A stretch of 38,421 nt of DNA from a virus. Its lineage: Duplodnaviria; Heunggongvirae; Uroviricota; Caudoviricetes. The notes under the pieces were generated by a model. That model saw only the letters and a program-made list of their open reading frames with translations, did not search any database and was not told where the DNA came from. Below are positions 26,214 through 36,663 of the stretch, piece after piece (the stretch's first letter is position 1; every line of letters starts with the position of its first letter). Made by a program: the position numbers and the translations under genes. The stretch spans positions 1-38,421 of IMG/VR virus record IMGVR_UViG_2703718837_000008; one strand, given 5' to 3'.

Positions 26214-26599
26214 TGAGGATAGATGTGATGACTAAAAATATCCGTAATCTGGCACTGGGAACGATGTCGGGGTTTCGCCATAAAACTGTTGATGTGCCTG
26301 AATGGGAAGGGGCAACGGTTGTATTACGGGAACCTTCTGCAGAAGCCTGGTTGCGCTGGCAGGAGATCGTTAAAGCAAAAGATGATGAGACACCGTTATC
26401 CGTTGCTGAGCGCGCCCGCCGAAATCTGGAGGCAGATGTTGAACTGTTCATTGATGTTCTGTGTGATACCGGACTGCAACCTGTATTTTCAGAGGATGAT
26501 CGTGAACAGGTGATTGCCGTGTATGGCCCGGTGCATGCGCGGCTTCTTCGGCAGTCTCTGGAACTGATCAGTGATGCCGGCGAGGTTAAAAAAAAGTAG
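26213..26599 (+). CDS. Tail assembly chaperone (lambda gpG-like)
   Basis: 128 aa ending ...GEVKKK at slippery heptamer A_AAA_AAG (26590-26596). Confidence 0.75.
   Translation: MRIDVMTKNIRNLALGTMSGFRHKTVDVPEWEGATVVLREPSAEAWLRWQEIVKAKDDETPLSVAERARRNLEADVELFIDVLCDTGLQPVFSEDDREQVIAVYGPVHARLLRQSLELISDAGEVKKK
26590..26596 (+). other. Programmed -1 ribosomal frameshift site (A_AAA_AAG) giving the G-T fusion chaperone
   Basis: The heptamer sits 1 codon before the G stop. The -1 frame continues into ORF 26611-26901 (T-like extension), which has no RBS of its own. Confidence 0.7.
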
Positions 26600-26610
26600 C
26601 GCTTCCGGGG

Positions 26611-26901
26611 ATGCGTTTTCTGATGATGCTGGCGCTCAGGATGGGGCGCACATTGTCAGAGTTACGCCGGGAAATGTCCGCATCAGAAATCATGATGTGG
26701 GCAGAATTTGACAGGTTCAGCCCGCTGGGGGACGAACGGGCTGATATCCGGGCTGCCCAGATTGTTTCAGCTGTTTACGGTGCGCAGGGGGTCAAAGTGC
26801 CACTGAATGATGCGCTTCTTCAGTGGGAGAAGGAGCAGACAGAAGGCGTATCAGATCCATTTGCCGGACTGGAAAACGCGCTTTTAATAGTGTCTCAGTG
26901 A
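26611..26901 (+). CDS. Tail assembly chaperone frameshift extension (gpT-like), made as a G-T fusion
   Basis: 96-aa ORF in the -1 frame relative to G, continuous with the slippery site. Confidence 0.65.
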   Translation: MRFLMMLALRMGRTLSELRREMSASEIMMWAEFDRFSPLGDERADIRAAQIVSAVYGAQGVKVPLNDALLQWEKEQTEGVSDPFAGLENALLIVSQ

Positions 26902-26910
26902 GTCAACATA

Positions 26911-26932
26911 ACCGCTTCGGCGGTTTTTTTTC
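26911..26932 (+). terminator. Hairpin plus T-run between chaperone and tape measure genes
   Basis: ACCGC-TTCG-GCGGT followed by eight Ts. Confidence 0.5.
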
Positions 26933-26941
26933 GTCCGGAGA

Positions 26942-29900
26942 ATGAGTGTGGCGACATTACGTGAACTGATTATTAAAATCTCGGCAAATTCCCGGTCATT
27001 CCAGTCAGAGATCTCCCGGGCTTCGCGTATGGGGCAGGATTACTACCGTACCATGCAGAACGGAGGCCGGCAGTCCGCTGCTGCATCCCGTGAAATGCGG
27101 CGTGCACTGGCAGAAGTGACGGATCAGATAAATACAGCTAAATCTTCGGCACTGAATATGGCGGGGGCATTTGCCGGAGCTTTTGCTACCGGTCATCTTA
27201 TTTCTCTCGCCGATGAGTGGAATTCAGTAAATGCCCGTCTGAAGCAGGCTTCACAGTCCAGTGATGATTTTCAGGTATCACAACGTGAATTAATGGCAAT
27301 CAGCCAGAGAACGGGAACGGCGTTTTCTGATAACGCCAGCCTTTTTGCCCGCTCTGCAGCTTCCATGCGGGAGTATGGCTACAGTTCTGAGGAGGTACTG
27401 AAAGTCACCGAGGCGATCTCCACGGGCCTGAAATTATCCGGTGCCAGTACAGCAGAAGCCAGTTCGGTGATCACGCAGTTCAGTCAGGCACTGGCGCAGG
27501 GAGTGCTGCGCGGTGAAGAATTTAACTCTGTGAATGAGAACGGCGATCGTGTTATTCGTGCGCTGGCTGCGGGAATGGGTGTTGCCCGTAAGGATCTGAA
27601 GGCCATGGCGGATAACGGAAAACTGACCGCCGATAAGGTTGTTCCTGCACTGATTAGTCAGCTTGGGGCGTTGCGTGATGAATATGCGGCAATGCCTGAT
27701 ACGGTTTCATCCTCTGCAACCAAAGTTGAAAACGCCTTTATGGCCTGGGTTGGTGGTGCGAACGAGGCAAGCGGAGTGACAAAGACGCTCTCTGGTGTGC
27801 TGAATGGTATTGCAGGCAATATTGACACTGTGGCAACCGCTGCCGGTGCTCTGGTTGCCGTCGGGGTAGCCCGATATTTTGGCAATATGGCGTCTTCTGC
27901 TGGATCTGCAACTGCCGGATTAATTACTGCAGCCAGAAACGAAGTGGCTCTTGCGGAAGCGCAACTTCGGGGGACACAGATAGCAACCGCCAGGGCGCGT
28001 GCGGCGGTTTATCGTGCGCAACAGGCGGTTGTTGCTGCTCGCGGTACCGAAAGGCAGGCAGCCGCAGAAGCGAAACTGGCTGCTGCCCAGGCATCACTTA
28101 CCCGTAATATTGCGGCCAGAACAGCAGCACAGACAACGCTGAATACTGTCACGTCAGCGGGGAGTCGTCTGTTAAGTGGAGCACTGGGACTGGTTGGGGG
28201 TGTGCCGGGGCTTGTCATGCTGGGGGCCGCGGCCTGGTACACGATGTATCAGAATCAGGAGCAGGCCAGAGAATCTGCACGCCAGTATGCCGCAACAATC
28301 GACGAAATTCGCCAGAAAACGTCGGCAATGTCGCTTCCTGAAGCGTCAGATAATGAGGAAAAGACGCGGCAGGCACTGGAGGAACAAAATCGCCTGATTG
28401 GTGAGCAGGAAGGAAAAATTCGCGGACTGAAAAATCAAATTGCTGATTATCAACGTTGGCTTGATGAAAGTTCGCAGAGTGGTTCGGGTGCTGAAATCAT
28501 CCTTAAAGGGCTTGCCGAAGCAACAAATCAACTGGCAGTTGAACAGTCCCGTCTCACACAAATGCAGGGCAAAGCGCAATCCATTCAGGATGTGCTTGCC
28601 GGGCTGGAGGAGCGGCGGGTTGCGTTGATCCGTCAACAGGCAGCGGAACAAAACAAAGCGTATCAGTCCCTGTTGATCATGAATGGGCAGCATACCGAGT
28701 TTAATCGCCTTCTCGGGCTTGGTAATGAGTTACTTCAGCAGCGTCAGGGGCTGGTGAATGTACCATTACGGCTGCCACAGGCAACCCTGGATGATAAACA
28801 GCAGAATGCGCTGAATAACAGCGAGCGCGAACTGGCTCTGTCCCGCCTGAAGGGGGAAGCCCGTGAGCGTGCCCGCCTGGGTTATGCTGCGGATGATCTC
28901 GGCTTTGTGGGAGAGGCATATCAGACAGCAAGACTGAATTATATAAATAACTCACTGGATGCATGGCGAAATAATCAGGCAAATAAACCCAAAGCGCATA
29001 AAAAGACCGAGGCGGAAAAAACAGAAGATATTTATAAACGGCTGATTAAACAGCAGAAAGAGCAGATAGCACTGGCAGGGCAGAATACTGAACTGGCTAA
29101 GATGAAATATCAGGTCAGTCAGGGCGAATTATCAACCCTGTCAGAAGCGCAGAAAAAAACGCTTTTGCAGAATGCAGCACTCATCGACCAGAAAAAGATT
29201 CGTGAGCAGCTTGCTGCGTATGAGAGCAGTCTGGCGGACAGTAATGCCAGTGCCCGGGCATCTGACGACGCGCAGTTGCTGGGATATGGTGAAGGCTCAC
29301 GGATGCGTGAACGACTCCAGGAAATGTGGAGTATCCGGCAGACGTTTGAGCAGAAAAATAACGAGCTGCTGAGACAGTATCAGGCCGGAGAAATTGAAGA
29401 AGCCCTGTGGAAACAGGAGAAAGAACTGAATAAAAAATATCTGGAAGAGCGTCTCAGCGATCAGCAGGATTATTATGCAAAGGCTGATGCTTTACGCAGT
29501 AACTGGAATGCCGGACTCCAGGAGGGGCTGACGAACTGGGCAGACAGTGCCACTGATTATGCTTCGCAGGCGGCAGATGCTGTCGTTTCCACGATGGACG
29601 GGCTGGTATCAAATATTTCCGATGCACTGGCCGGGAATGTTGTTGACTGGAGGAACTGGGGGAGTTCAGTTCTCCAGGAAGTTTCAAAAATTCTGATGAA
29701 TGCGGCCATTGTTAACGGACTGAAATCACTCTCCGGCGCCGGAGGGTGGCTTGGTACGGTAGGCGGATGGATTTCGGGGGCAGTAGCAAACGCAAAAGGT
29801 GGTGTTTACACATCGGCAAATCTGAGTGCTTACAGTAACACTATTGTGGATACGCCGACGTATTTTGCTTTTGCGAAAGGTGCCGGACTGATGGGCGAGG

Positions 29901-30148
29901 CCGGGCCTGAAGCTATCATGCCACTGACGCGGGCAGCGGACGGCTCTCTTGGGGTCAGAGCCATTGGCAATGTGAATGGTGGCGGCGGATTTGTCTATTC
30001 TCCCGTGTATCACATCAGTATTCAGAATAAAGGGAGCAATGGCGAGATAGATACGCAGTCAGCCAGGGGGCTGGTGGATCTGATCGACAGCAGGGTTGTG
30101 TCAATTATGCAGTCATCACGTCGGGACGGAGGATTATACAGTGCCTGA
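26942..30148 (+). CDS. Tail tape measure protein (lambda gpH-like)
   Basis: 1068 aa, Ala/Gln-rich helical protein in the canonical position. Start could be ATG 26942 or GTG 26948. Confidence 0.9.
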   Translation: MSVATLRELIIKISANSRSFQSEISRASRMGQDYYRTMQNGGRQSAAASREMRRALAEVTDQINTAKSSALNMAGAFAGAFATGHLISLADEWNSVNARLKQASQSSDDFQVSQRELMAISQRTGTAFSDNASLFARSAASMREYGYSSEEVLKVTEAISTGLKLSGASTAEASSVITQFSQALAQGVLRGEEFNSVNENGDRVIRALAAGMGVARKDLKAMADNGKLTADKVVPALISQLGALRDEYAAMPDTVSSSATKVENAFMAWVGGANEASGVTKTLSGVLNGIAGNIDTVATAAGALVAVGVARYFGNMASSAGSATAGLITAARNEVALAEAQLRGTQIATARARAAVYRAQQAVVAARGTERQAAAEAKLAAAQASLTRNIAARTAAQTTLNTVTSAGSRLLSGALGLVGGVPGLVMLGAAAWYTMYQNQEQARESARQYAATIDEIRQKTSAMSLPEASDNEEKTRQALEEQNRLIGEQEGKIRGLKNQIADYQRWLDESSQSGSGAEIILKGLAEATNQLAVEQSRLTQMQGKAQSIQDVLAGLEERRVALIRQQAAEQNKAYQSLLIMNGQHTEFNRLLGLGNELLQQRQGLVNVPLRLPQATLDDKQQNALNNSERELALSRLKGEARERARLGYAADDLGFVGEAYQTARLNYINNSLDAWRNNQANKPKAHKKTEAEKTEDIYKRLIKQQKEQIALAGQNTELAKMKYQVSQGELSTLSEAQKKTLLQNAALIDQKKIREQLAAYESSLADSNASARASDDAQLLGYGEGSRMRERLQEMWSIRQTFEQKNNELLRQYQAGEIEEALWKQEKELNKKYLEERLSDQQDYYAKADALRSNWNAGLQEGLTNWADSATDYASQAADAVVSTMDGLVSNISDALAGNVVDWRNWGSSVLQEVSKILMNAAIVNGLKSLSGAGGWLGTVGGWISGAVANAKGGVYTSANLSAYSNTIVDTPTYFAFAKGAGLMGEAGPEAIMPLTRAADGSLGVRAIGNVNGGGGFVYSPVYHISIQNKGSNGEIDTQSARGLVDLIDSRVVSIMQSSRRDGGLYSA

Positions 30149-30482
30149 GCCTGAAGTTTTTAACTGGATCCCCCGCGAGGGGATGGAGACGACACGAAAG
30201 CCATCTGTTATTACGGTAAAGTTCGGTGACGGATATGAACAGCGACGGGCTGGTGGTCTGAATGCGGATCTGAAAACGTTTAAACCGGTGTTTCGTGTCA
30301 CAGATGAATATTCCCGTGCTGCGCTGGACAGTTTTTTATCCCGTCATGCCGGGATACGTGCTTTTTTGTGGCGTCCGCCAAAACACAACAGAACCGTCCG
30401 GGTTGTCTGCAGGGAGTGGAGTATTTCGGATAATGCCATGTATACCGATTTTAACTGTACCTTTGAAGAGGTCACTCACTGA
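30141..30482 (+). CDS. Minor tail protein (lambda gpM-like)
   Basis: ~113 aa from GTG 30141 (GGAGG RBS; ATG 30183 is an alternative). Contains KFGDGYEQR, resembling lambda M. Confidence 0.7.
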   Translation: MPEPEVFNWIPREGMETTRKPSVITVKFGDGYEQRRAGGLNADLKTFKPVFRVTDEYSRAALDSFLSRHAGIRAFLWRPPKHNRTVRVVCREWSISDNAMYTDFNCTFEEVTH

Positions 30483-31180
30483 TGCAGGATATACAGCAGG
30501 AAACACTGAATGAGTGTACAAAAGCGGAGCAATCCGCGCTGGTCGTGCTCTGGGAAGTCGATCTGACAGAAGTCGGCGGAGAGCGTTATTTTTTCTGTAA
30601 TGAGCAGAACGAAAAAGGTGAGCCGGTCACCTGGCAGGGGCGACAGTATCAGGCGTACCCCATTCAGGGGAGCGGATTTGAGATGAACGGTAAAGGAGCC
30701 AGCGCCAGGCCAACTCTGAAAGTCTCTAATCTGCACGGCATGGTCACCGGGATGGTGGAAGATCTGCAGAGTCTGGTCGGCGGAACGGTGGTCAGGCGTA
30801 AGGTTTACGCCCGTTTTCTGGATGCGGTGAATTTCGTCAACGGAAACAGTGATGCCGATCCGGAGCAGGAGGTGATCAGCCGCTGGCGCGTCGAGCAGTG
30901 CAGCGAACTGAGCGCGGTGAGTGCCTCCTTTGTGTTGTCCACGCCGACGGAAACGGATGGTGCTGTTTTTCCGGGGCGCATCATGCTGGCCAACACCTGC
31001 ACCTGGACCTATCGCGGTGATGAGTGCGGTTATAGCGGTCCGGCGGTCGCGGATGAATATGACCAGCCAACGTCCGATATCACGAAGGATAAATGCAGCA
31101 AATGCCTGAGTGGCTGTAAGTTCCGCAATAACGTCGGCAACTTTGGCGGCTTCCTTTCCATTAACAAACTTTCGCAGTAA
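30482..31180 (+). CDS. Minor tail protein (lambda gpL-like)
   Basis: 232 aa; ATGA overlap with M; Cys cluster near the C-terminus as in lambda L. Confidence 0.8.
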   Translation: MQDIQQETLNECTKAEQSALVVLWEVDLTEVGGERYFFCNEQNEKGEPVTWQGRQYQAYPIQGSGFEMNGKGASARPTLKVSNLHGMVTGMVEDLQSLVGGTVVRRKVYARFLDAVNFVNGNSDADPEQEVISRWRVEQCSELSAVSASFVLSTPTETDGAVFPGRIMLANTCTWTYRGDECGYSGPAVADEYDQPTSDITKDKCSKCLSGCKFRNNVGNFGGFLSINKLSQ

Positions 31181-31184
31181 TCCC

Positions 31185-31928
31185 ATGACAGAGACAGAAT
31201 CAGCGATTCTGGCGCACGCCAGGCGATGCGCGCCAGCGGAGTCGTGCGGCTTCGTGGTGAGAACGCCGGAGGGGGAAAGATATTTTCCCTGCGTGAATAT
31301 CTCCGGTGAGCCGGAGGCGTATTTCCGGATGTCGCCGGAGGACTGGCTGCGGGCAGAGATGCAGGGTGAGATTGTGGCGCTGGTCCACAGCCACCCCGGT
31401 GGTCTGCCCTGGCTGAGTGAGGCTGACCGGCGGCTGCAGGTGCAGAGTTATTTGCCGTGGTGGCTGGTCTGCCGGGGTGAGATTCATAAATTCCGCTGTG
31501 TGCCGCATCTCACCGGGCGGCGCTTTGAGCACGGGGTGACGGACTGTTACACGCTGTTCCGGGATGCTTATCATCTGGCGGGGATTGAGATGCCGGATTT
31601 TCATCGCGGGGATGACTGGTGGCGTCACGGTCAGAATCTCTATCTGGATAATCTGGAGGCGACGGGGCTGTATCAGGTGCCGTTGTCAGCGGCACAGCCG
31701 GGCGATGTGCTGCTGTGCTGTTTTGGTTCATCGGTGCCGAATCATGCCGCCATTTACTGTGGTGACGGCGAGCTGCTGCACCATATTCCTGAACAACTGA
31801 GCAAACGAGAGAGGTACACCGACAAATGGCAGCGACGCACACACTCCCTCTGGCGTCACCGGGCATGGCACGCATCTGCCTTTACGGGGATTTACAACGA
31901 TTTGGCCGCCGCATCGACCTTCGTGTGA
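31185..31928 (+). CDS. Tail assembly protein (lambda gpK-like; JAB/MPN plus NlpC/P60 domains)
   Basis: 247 aa from MTETESAILAHARRCAPAESCGFVV..., near-identical to lambda K as I recall it. Confidence 0.85.
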   Translation: MTETESAILAHARRCAPAESCGFVVRTPEGERYFPCVNISGEPEAYFRMSPEDWLRAEMQGEIVALVHSHPGGLPWLSEADRRLQVQSYLPWWLVCRGEIHKFRCVPHLTGRRFEHGVTDCYTLFRDAYHLAGIEMPDFHRGDDWWRHGQNLYLDNLEATGLYQVPLSAAQPGDVLLCCFGSSVPNHAAIYCGDGELLHHIPEQLSKRERYTDKWQRRTHSLWRHRAWHASAFTGIYNDLAAASTFV

Positions 31929-32473
31929 AAACGGGGGCCGAAGCCATCCGGGCGCTGGCCATGCAGATCCCGGCGTTTCGTCAGAAACTGAGCGACGGCT
32001 GGTATCAGGTGCGTATTGCCGGGCGTGATGCCGGCGAAACTGAATTATCAGCCCGTCTTAATGAACCGCTGGCAAATGGTGCAGTGATCCACATCGTGCC
32101 GCGTCTGGCGGGAGCCAAAAGTGGCGGTGTTTTTCAGGCGGTGCTGGGTGCGGCGCTGATTGCGGTGGCGTGGTGGAACCCCGCAGGCTGGCTGGGTGCC
32201 GCGGCTTTATCGGGCATGTATGCGGCAGGAGCCAGTATGATCCTGGGCGGTGTGGCACAGATGCTGGCACCGAAAGCCAGTACCGCAACAACGACCAGCA
32301 CGGATAACGGTAAGCAGAACACGTATTTCTCATCACTGGAGAACATGGTTGCCCAGGGCAATGTTCTGCCTGTTCTGTACGGTGAAATGCGTGTGGGGTC
32401 ACGGGTAATTTCGCAGGAAATCAGCACGGCAGACGAAGGGGATGGTGGTGAAATCGTGGTGATTGGTCGCTGA
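31826..32473 (+). CDS. Tail assembly protein (lambda gpI-like)
   Basis: 215 aa from MAATHTLPLASPGMARICLYGDLQRF..., matching lambda I as I recall it. Overlaps the K 3' end. Confidence 0.8.
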   Translation: MAATHTLPLASPGMARICLYGDLQRFGRRIDLRVKTGAEAIRALAMQIPAFRQKLSDGWYQVRIAGRDAGETELSARLNEPLANGAVIHIVPRLAGAKSGGVFQAVLGAALIAVAWWNPAGWLGAAALSGMYAAGASMILGGVAQMLAPKASTATTTSTDNGKQNTYFSSLENMVAQGNVLPVLYGEMRVGSRVISQEISTADEGDGGEIVVIGR

Positions 32474-32494
32474 TGCAGAATGTTTTATGTGAGA

Positions 32495-32519
32495 CCGCCT
32501 CCGGGCGGTTTTGTCGTTT
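32495..32519 (+). terminator. Hairpin plus T-rich tract upstream of J
   Basis: CCGCC-TCCG-GGCGG followed by TTTTGTCGTTT. Confidence 0.45.
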
Positions 32520-32533
32520 ATGGAGCATGACGA

Positions 32534-35500
32534 ATGGGTAAAGGCAGCAGTAAGGGGCATACCCCGCGCGAAGCGAAGGACAACCTGAAATCCACGCAGT
32601 TACTGAGTGTGATCGATGCCATCAGTGAAGGGCCGGTTGAAGGTCCGGTGGATGGCTTAAAAAGCGTGCTGCTGAACAGTACGCCGGTGCTGGACAGTGA
32701 GGGGAATACCAATATCTCCGGTGTCACGGTGGTGTTCCGGGCAGGTGAGCAGGAGCAGACACCGCCGGAGGGCTTTGAATCCTCCGGTTCCGAGACGGTG
32801 CTGGGTACGGAAGTGAAATACGACACGCCGATCACCCGCACCATCACGTCGGCAAACATCGACCGACTGCGCTTTACCTTCGGCGTGCAGGCACTGGTGG
32901 AAACCACCTCAAAGGGGGACCGGAATCCGTCGGAAGTTCGCCTGCTGGTTCAGATACAGCGTAATGGTGGCTGGGTGACGGAAAAAGACATCACCATTAA
33001 GGGCAAAACCACCTCGCAGTATCTGGCCTCGGTGGTGGTGGATAACCTGCCGCCGCGCCCGTTTAATATCCGGATGCGCAGGATGACGCCGGACAGCACC
33101 ACAGACCAGCTGCAGAACAAAACGCTCTGGTCGTCATACACCGAAATCATCGATGTGAAACAGTGCTACCCGAACACGGCACTGGTCGGCGTGCAGGTGG
33201 ACTCGGAGCAGTTCGGCAGCCAGCAGGTGAGCCGTAATTATCATCTTCGCGGGCGCATTCTGCAGGTGCCGTCGAACTATAACCCGCAGACGCGGCAATA
33301 CAGCGGTATCTGGGACGGAACGTTTAAACCGGCATACAGCAACAACATGGCCTGGTGTCTGTGGGATATGCTGACCCATCCGCGCTACGGCATGGGGAAA
33401 CGTCTTGGTGCGGCGGATGTGGATAAATGGGCGCTGTATGTCATCGGCCAGAATTGCGACCAGTCGGTGCCGGACGGCTTTGGCGGCACGGAGCCGCGCA
33501 TCACCTGTAATGCGTACCTGACCACACAGCGCAAGGCGTGGGATGTGCTCAGTGATTTCTGCTCGGCGATGCGCTGTATGCCGGTATGGAACGGGCAGAC
33601 GCTGACGTTCGTGCAGGACCGACAGTCGGATAAGGTGTGGACCTATAACCGCAGTAATGTGGTGATGCCGGATGATGGCGCGCCGTTCCGCTACAGCTTC
33701 AGCGCCCTGAAGGACCGCCATAATGCCGTTGAGGTGACCTGGATTGACCCGAACAACGGCTGGGAGACGGCGACAGAGCTTGTTGAAGATACGCAGGCCA
33801 TTGCCCGTTACGGTCGTAACGTCACGAAGATGGATGCCTTTGGTTGTACCAGTCGGGGGCAGGCACACCGAGCCGGGCTGTGGTTGATTAAAACGGAGCT
33901 GCTGGAAACGCAGACCGTGGATTTCAGTGTGGGCGCAGAAGGGCTTCGCCATGTGCCGGGCGATGTCATTGAAATCTGTGATGATGACTATGCCGGTATC
34001 AGCACCGGTGGTCGCGTGCTGGCGGTGAACAGCCAGACCCGGACGCTGACGCTCGACCGTGAAATCACGCTGCCATCCTCCGGTACCACGCTGATAAGCC
34101 TGGTTGACGGAAGTGGTAATCCGGTCAGCGTGGAGGTTCAGTCCGTCACCGACGGACTTAAGGTGAAAGTGAACCGGGTTCCTGACGGCGTTGCAGAATA
34201 CAGTGTGTGGGGGCTGAAGTTGCCGACGCTGCGTCAGCGCCTGTTCCGCTGCGTGAGTATCCGTGAGAACGATGACGGCACGTATGCCATCACTGCCGTG
34301 CAGCATGTACCAGAAAAAGAGGCCATCGTGGATAACGGGGCGCACTTTGACGGCGACCAGAGCGGCACGGTGAATGGTGTCACGCCGCCAGCGGTGCAGC
34401 ACCTGACCGCCGAAGTCACCGCAGACAGCGGGGAATATCAGGTGCTGGCGCGCTGGGACACGCCGAAGGTGGTGAAGGGCGTGAGCTTCCTGCTCCGTCT
34501 GACCGTAACAGCGGATGACGGCAGTGAGCGGCTGGTCAGCACGGCCCGGACGACGGAAACCACATACCGCTTCAGGCAACTGGCGCTGGGAAACTACAGG
34601 CTGACAGTCCGGGCGGCAAATGCCTGGGGGCAGCAGGGCGATCCGGCATCGGTATCGTTCCGGATTGCCGCACCGGCAGCACCGTCGCGGATTGAGCTGA
34701 CACCGGGCTATTTTCAGATAACCGCCACGCCGCATCTTGCGGTTTATGATCCGACGGTACAGTTTGAGTTCTGGTTCTCGGAAAAGCGGATTACCGATAT
34801 CAGGCAGGTTGAAACCAGCGCGCGTTATCTTGGCACGGGGATGTACTGGATAGCCGCCAGTATCAATATCAAACCGGGCCATGATTATTACTTTTATATC
34901 CGCAGTGTGAACACCGTTGGCAAATCGACATTCGTGGAGGCTGTCGGTCAGGCGAGCGATGATGCGGAAGGTTACCTGGATTTTTTCAAAGGCCAGATAA
35001 CCGAATCCCATCTCGGCAAGGAGCTGCTGGAAAAAGTCGAGCTGACGGAGGATAACGCCAGCAAACTGGAGGAGTTTTCGAAAGAGTGGCAGGACGCTAA
35101 CGATAAGTGGAATGCCATGTGGGGCGTCAAAATTGAGCAGACCAAAGACGGCAAACATTATGTCGCGGGTATTGGCCTCAGCATGGAGGACACGGAAGAA
35201 GGCAAGCTGAGCCAGTTTCTGGTTGCCGCTAACCGTATCGCGTTTATTGACCCGGCAAACGGGAATGAAACGCCGATGTTTGTGGCGCAGGGCAATCAGA
35301 TATTTATGAACGACGTGTTCCTGAAGCGCCTGACGGCCCCGACCATTACCAGTGGTGGAAATCCACCGGCATTTACCCTGACATCAGACGGAAAGCTGAC
35401 CGCTAAAAATGCAGATATCAGTGGCAGTGTGAATGCGAACTCCGGGACGCTCAACAACGTTACGATAAATGAGAACTGTCAGATTAAAGGGAAACTGTCA

Positions 35501-35932
35501 GCCAACCAGATTGAAGGCGATATTGTCAAAACAGTGGGTAAGGCTTTCCCCCGGGATCCCAGAGCACCGGAGCGATGGCCATCAGGGACCATTACCGTCA
35601 GGATTTATGACGATCAGCCTTTTGACCGGCAAATTGTAATTCCTGCTGTTGCGTTCTGCGGGGCGAAGCACCGGCAGGCATCCACAAACAGTGAATACTA
35701 TTCATCCTGTCGCCTTATTGTAAAAAAGAATGGCACTGTAATTTATGATAACTCGACCACCGATGTTACAGCCATTTACACAGGTATCATGGATATGCCA
35801 GCCGGTTATGGAGGGATAACTCTGGAGTTTTCCGTTTCAGCTTCAAATGGAAAATATTATCCCACAGCAAGCATCAGCGATTTGCTGGTTGTGGTGATGA
35901 AGAAATCCACCGCAGGTATCACGATTAGCTGA
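32534..35932 (+). CDS. Host specificity protein J (central tail fibre / tail tip)
   Basis: 1132 aa; canonical size and position; fibronectin-like repeats in the C-terminal half. Confidence 0.9.
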   Translation: MGKGSSKGHTPREAKDNLKSTQLLSVIDAISEGPVEGPVDGLKSVLLNSTPVLDSEGNTNISGVTVVFRAGEQEQTPPEGFESSGSETVLGTEVKYDTPITRTITSANIDRLRFTFGVQALVETTSKGDRNPSEVRLLVQIQRNGGWVTEKDITIKGKTTSQYLASVVVDNLPPRPFNIRMRRMTPDSTTDQLQNKTLWSSYTEIIDVKQCYPNTALVGVQVDSEQFGSQQVSRNYHLRGRILQVPSNYNPQTRQYSGIWDGTFKPAYSNNMAWCLWDMLTHPRYGMGKRLGAADVDKWALYVIGQNCDQSVPDGFGGTEPRITCNAYLTTQRKAWDVLSDFCSAMRCMPVWNGQTLTFVQDRQSDKVWTYNRSNVVMPDDGAPFRYSFSALKDRHNAVEVTWIDPNNGWETATELVEDTQAIARYGRNVTKMDAFGCTSRGQAHRAGLWLIKTELLETQTVDFSVGAEGLRHVPGDVIEICDDDYAGISTGGRVLAVNSQTRTLTLDREITLPSSGTTLISLVDGSGNPVSVEVQSVTDGLKVKVNRVPDGVAEYSVWGLKLPTLRQRLFRCVSIRENDDGTYAITAVQHVPEKEAIVDNGAHFDGDQSGTVNGVTPPAVQHLTAEVTADSGEYQVLARWDTPKVVKGVSFLLRLTVTADDGSERLVSTARTTETTYRFRQLALGNYRLTVRAANAWGQQGDPASVSFRIAAPAAPSRIELTPGYFQITATPHLAVYDPTVQFEFWFSEKRITDIRQVETSARYLGTGMYWIAASINIKPGHDYYFYIRSVNTVGKSTFVEAVGQASDDAEGYLDFFKGQITESHLGKELLEKVELTEDNASKLEEFSKEWQDANDKWNAMWGVKIEQTKDGKHYVAGIGLSMEDTEEGKLSQFLVAANRIAFIDPANGNETPMFVAQGNQIFMNDVFLKRLTAPTITSGGNPPAFTLTSDGKLTAKNADISGSVNANSGTLNNVTINENCQIKGKLSANQIEGDIVKTVGKAFPRDPRAPERWPSGTITVRIYDDQPFDRQIVIPAVAFCGAKHRQASTNSEYYSSCRLIVKKNGTVIYDNSTTDVTAIYTGIMDMPAGYGGITLEFSVSASNGKYYPTASISDLLVVVMKKSTAGITIS

Positions 35933-35951
35933 ATTTCATAACCCCTGTACG

Positions 35952-35975
35952 GGCGCCAGAAATGGCGCCTTTTTT
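35952..35975 (+). terminator. Rho-independent terminator after J
   Basis: GGCGCC-AGAAAT-GGCGCC followed by TTTTTT. Confidence 0.7.
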
Positions 35976-35999
35976 ATTGCAGAAAAGCGAGAGGTAATT

Positions 36000-36599
36000 A
36001 TGCGTAAAGTTTGTGTCGCCATTTTGTCCGCAGCCATCTGTCTGGTCGTATCCGGTGCGCCGGCATGGGCATCTGAGCATCAGTCCACGCTGAGCGCGGG
36101 GTACCTTCAGTCACATACTGATATGCCCGGTAGTGATGACCTGAAAGGCATTAACGTGAAATACCGTTATGAGTTTACGGACACGCTGGGGCTGATTACG
36201 TCATTCAGTTATGCCGACGCCGAAGATAAACAAAAAATGCATTACAGCGATACCCGCTGGCATGAAGATTCCGTGCGTAACCGCTGGTTCAGCGTAATGG
36301 CGGGGCCGTCTGTACGCGTGAATGAATGGTTCAGCGCGTATGCGATGGCAGGAGTGGCTTACAGCCGTGTGTCGACCTTCTCCGGGGATTATCTTCGCGT
36401 AACTGACAACCAGGGGAAAACGCACGATGTGCTGACCGGAAGTGATACCGGTCGCCACAGCAGCACGTCCCTGGCGTGGGGAACTGGCGTGCAGTTTAAC
36501 CCGACCGAATCCGTGGCCATTGATATTGCTTATGAAGGCTCCGGCAGTGGTGACTGGCGCACTGACGGTTTCATCGTGGGTGTCGGTTATAAATTCTGA
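36000..36599 (+). CDS. lom: Lom-like outer membrane protein (Ail/Lom family)
   Basis: 199 aa with signal peptide (AAICLVVSGAPAWA) and beta-barrel features ending ...VGVGYKF. Located between J and stf as in lambda. Confidence 0.85.
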   Translation: MRKVCVAILSAAICLVVSGAPAWASEHQSTLSAGYLQSHTDMPGSDDLKGINVKYRYEFTDTLGLITSFSYADAEDKQKMHYSDTRWHEDSVRNRWFSVMAGPSVRVNEWFSAYAMAGVAYSRVSTFSGDYLRVTDNQGKTHDVLTGSDTGRHSSTSLAWGTGVQFNPTESVAIDIAYEGSGSGDWRTDGFIVGVGYKF

Positions 36600-36625
36600 T
36601 TAGCCAGGTAACACAGTGTTATGAC

Positions 36626-36653
36626 AGCCCGCCGGTTCAGGCGGGCTTTTTTG
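36626..36653 (+). terminator. Rho-independent terminator after lom
   Basis: AGCCCGCC-GGTTCA-GGCGGGCT followed by TTTTTT. Confidence 0.7.
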
Positions 36654-36663
36654 TGGGGTGAAT

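Noticed and set aside
30476-31186. 236-aa minus-strand ORF
   Set aside because: Antisense to the lambda L-like tail gene, whose identification is much stronger.
33134-35158. 674-aa ORF on the minus strand
   Set aside because: Lies entirely antisense within the J host-specificity gene; Arg/Pro/His-rich composition typical of a GC-driven antisense artefact; no RBS or recognisable motif.
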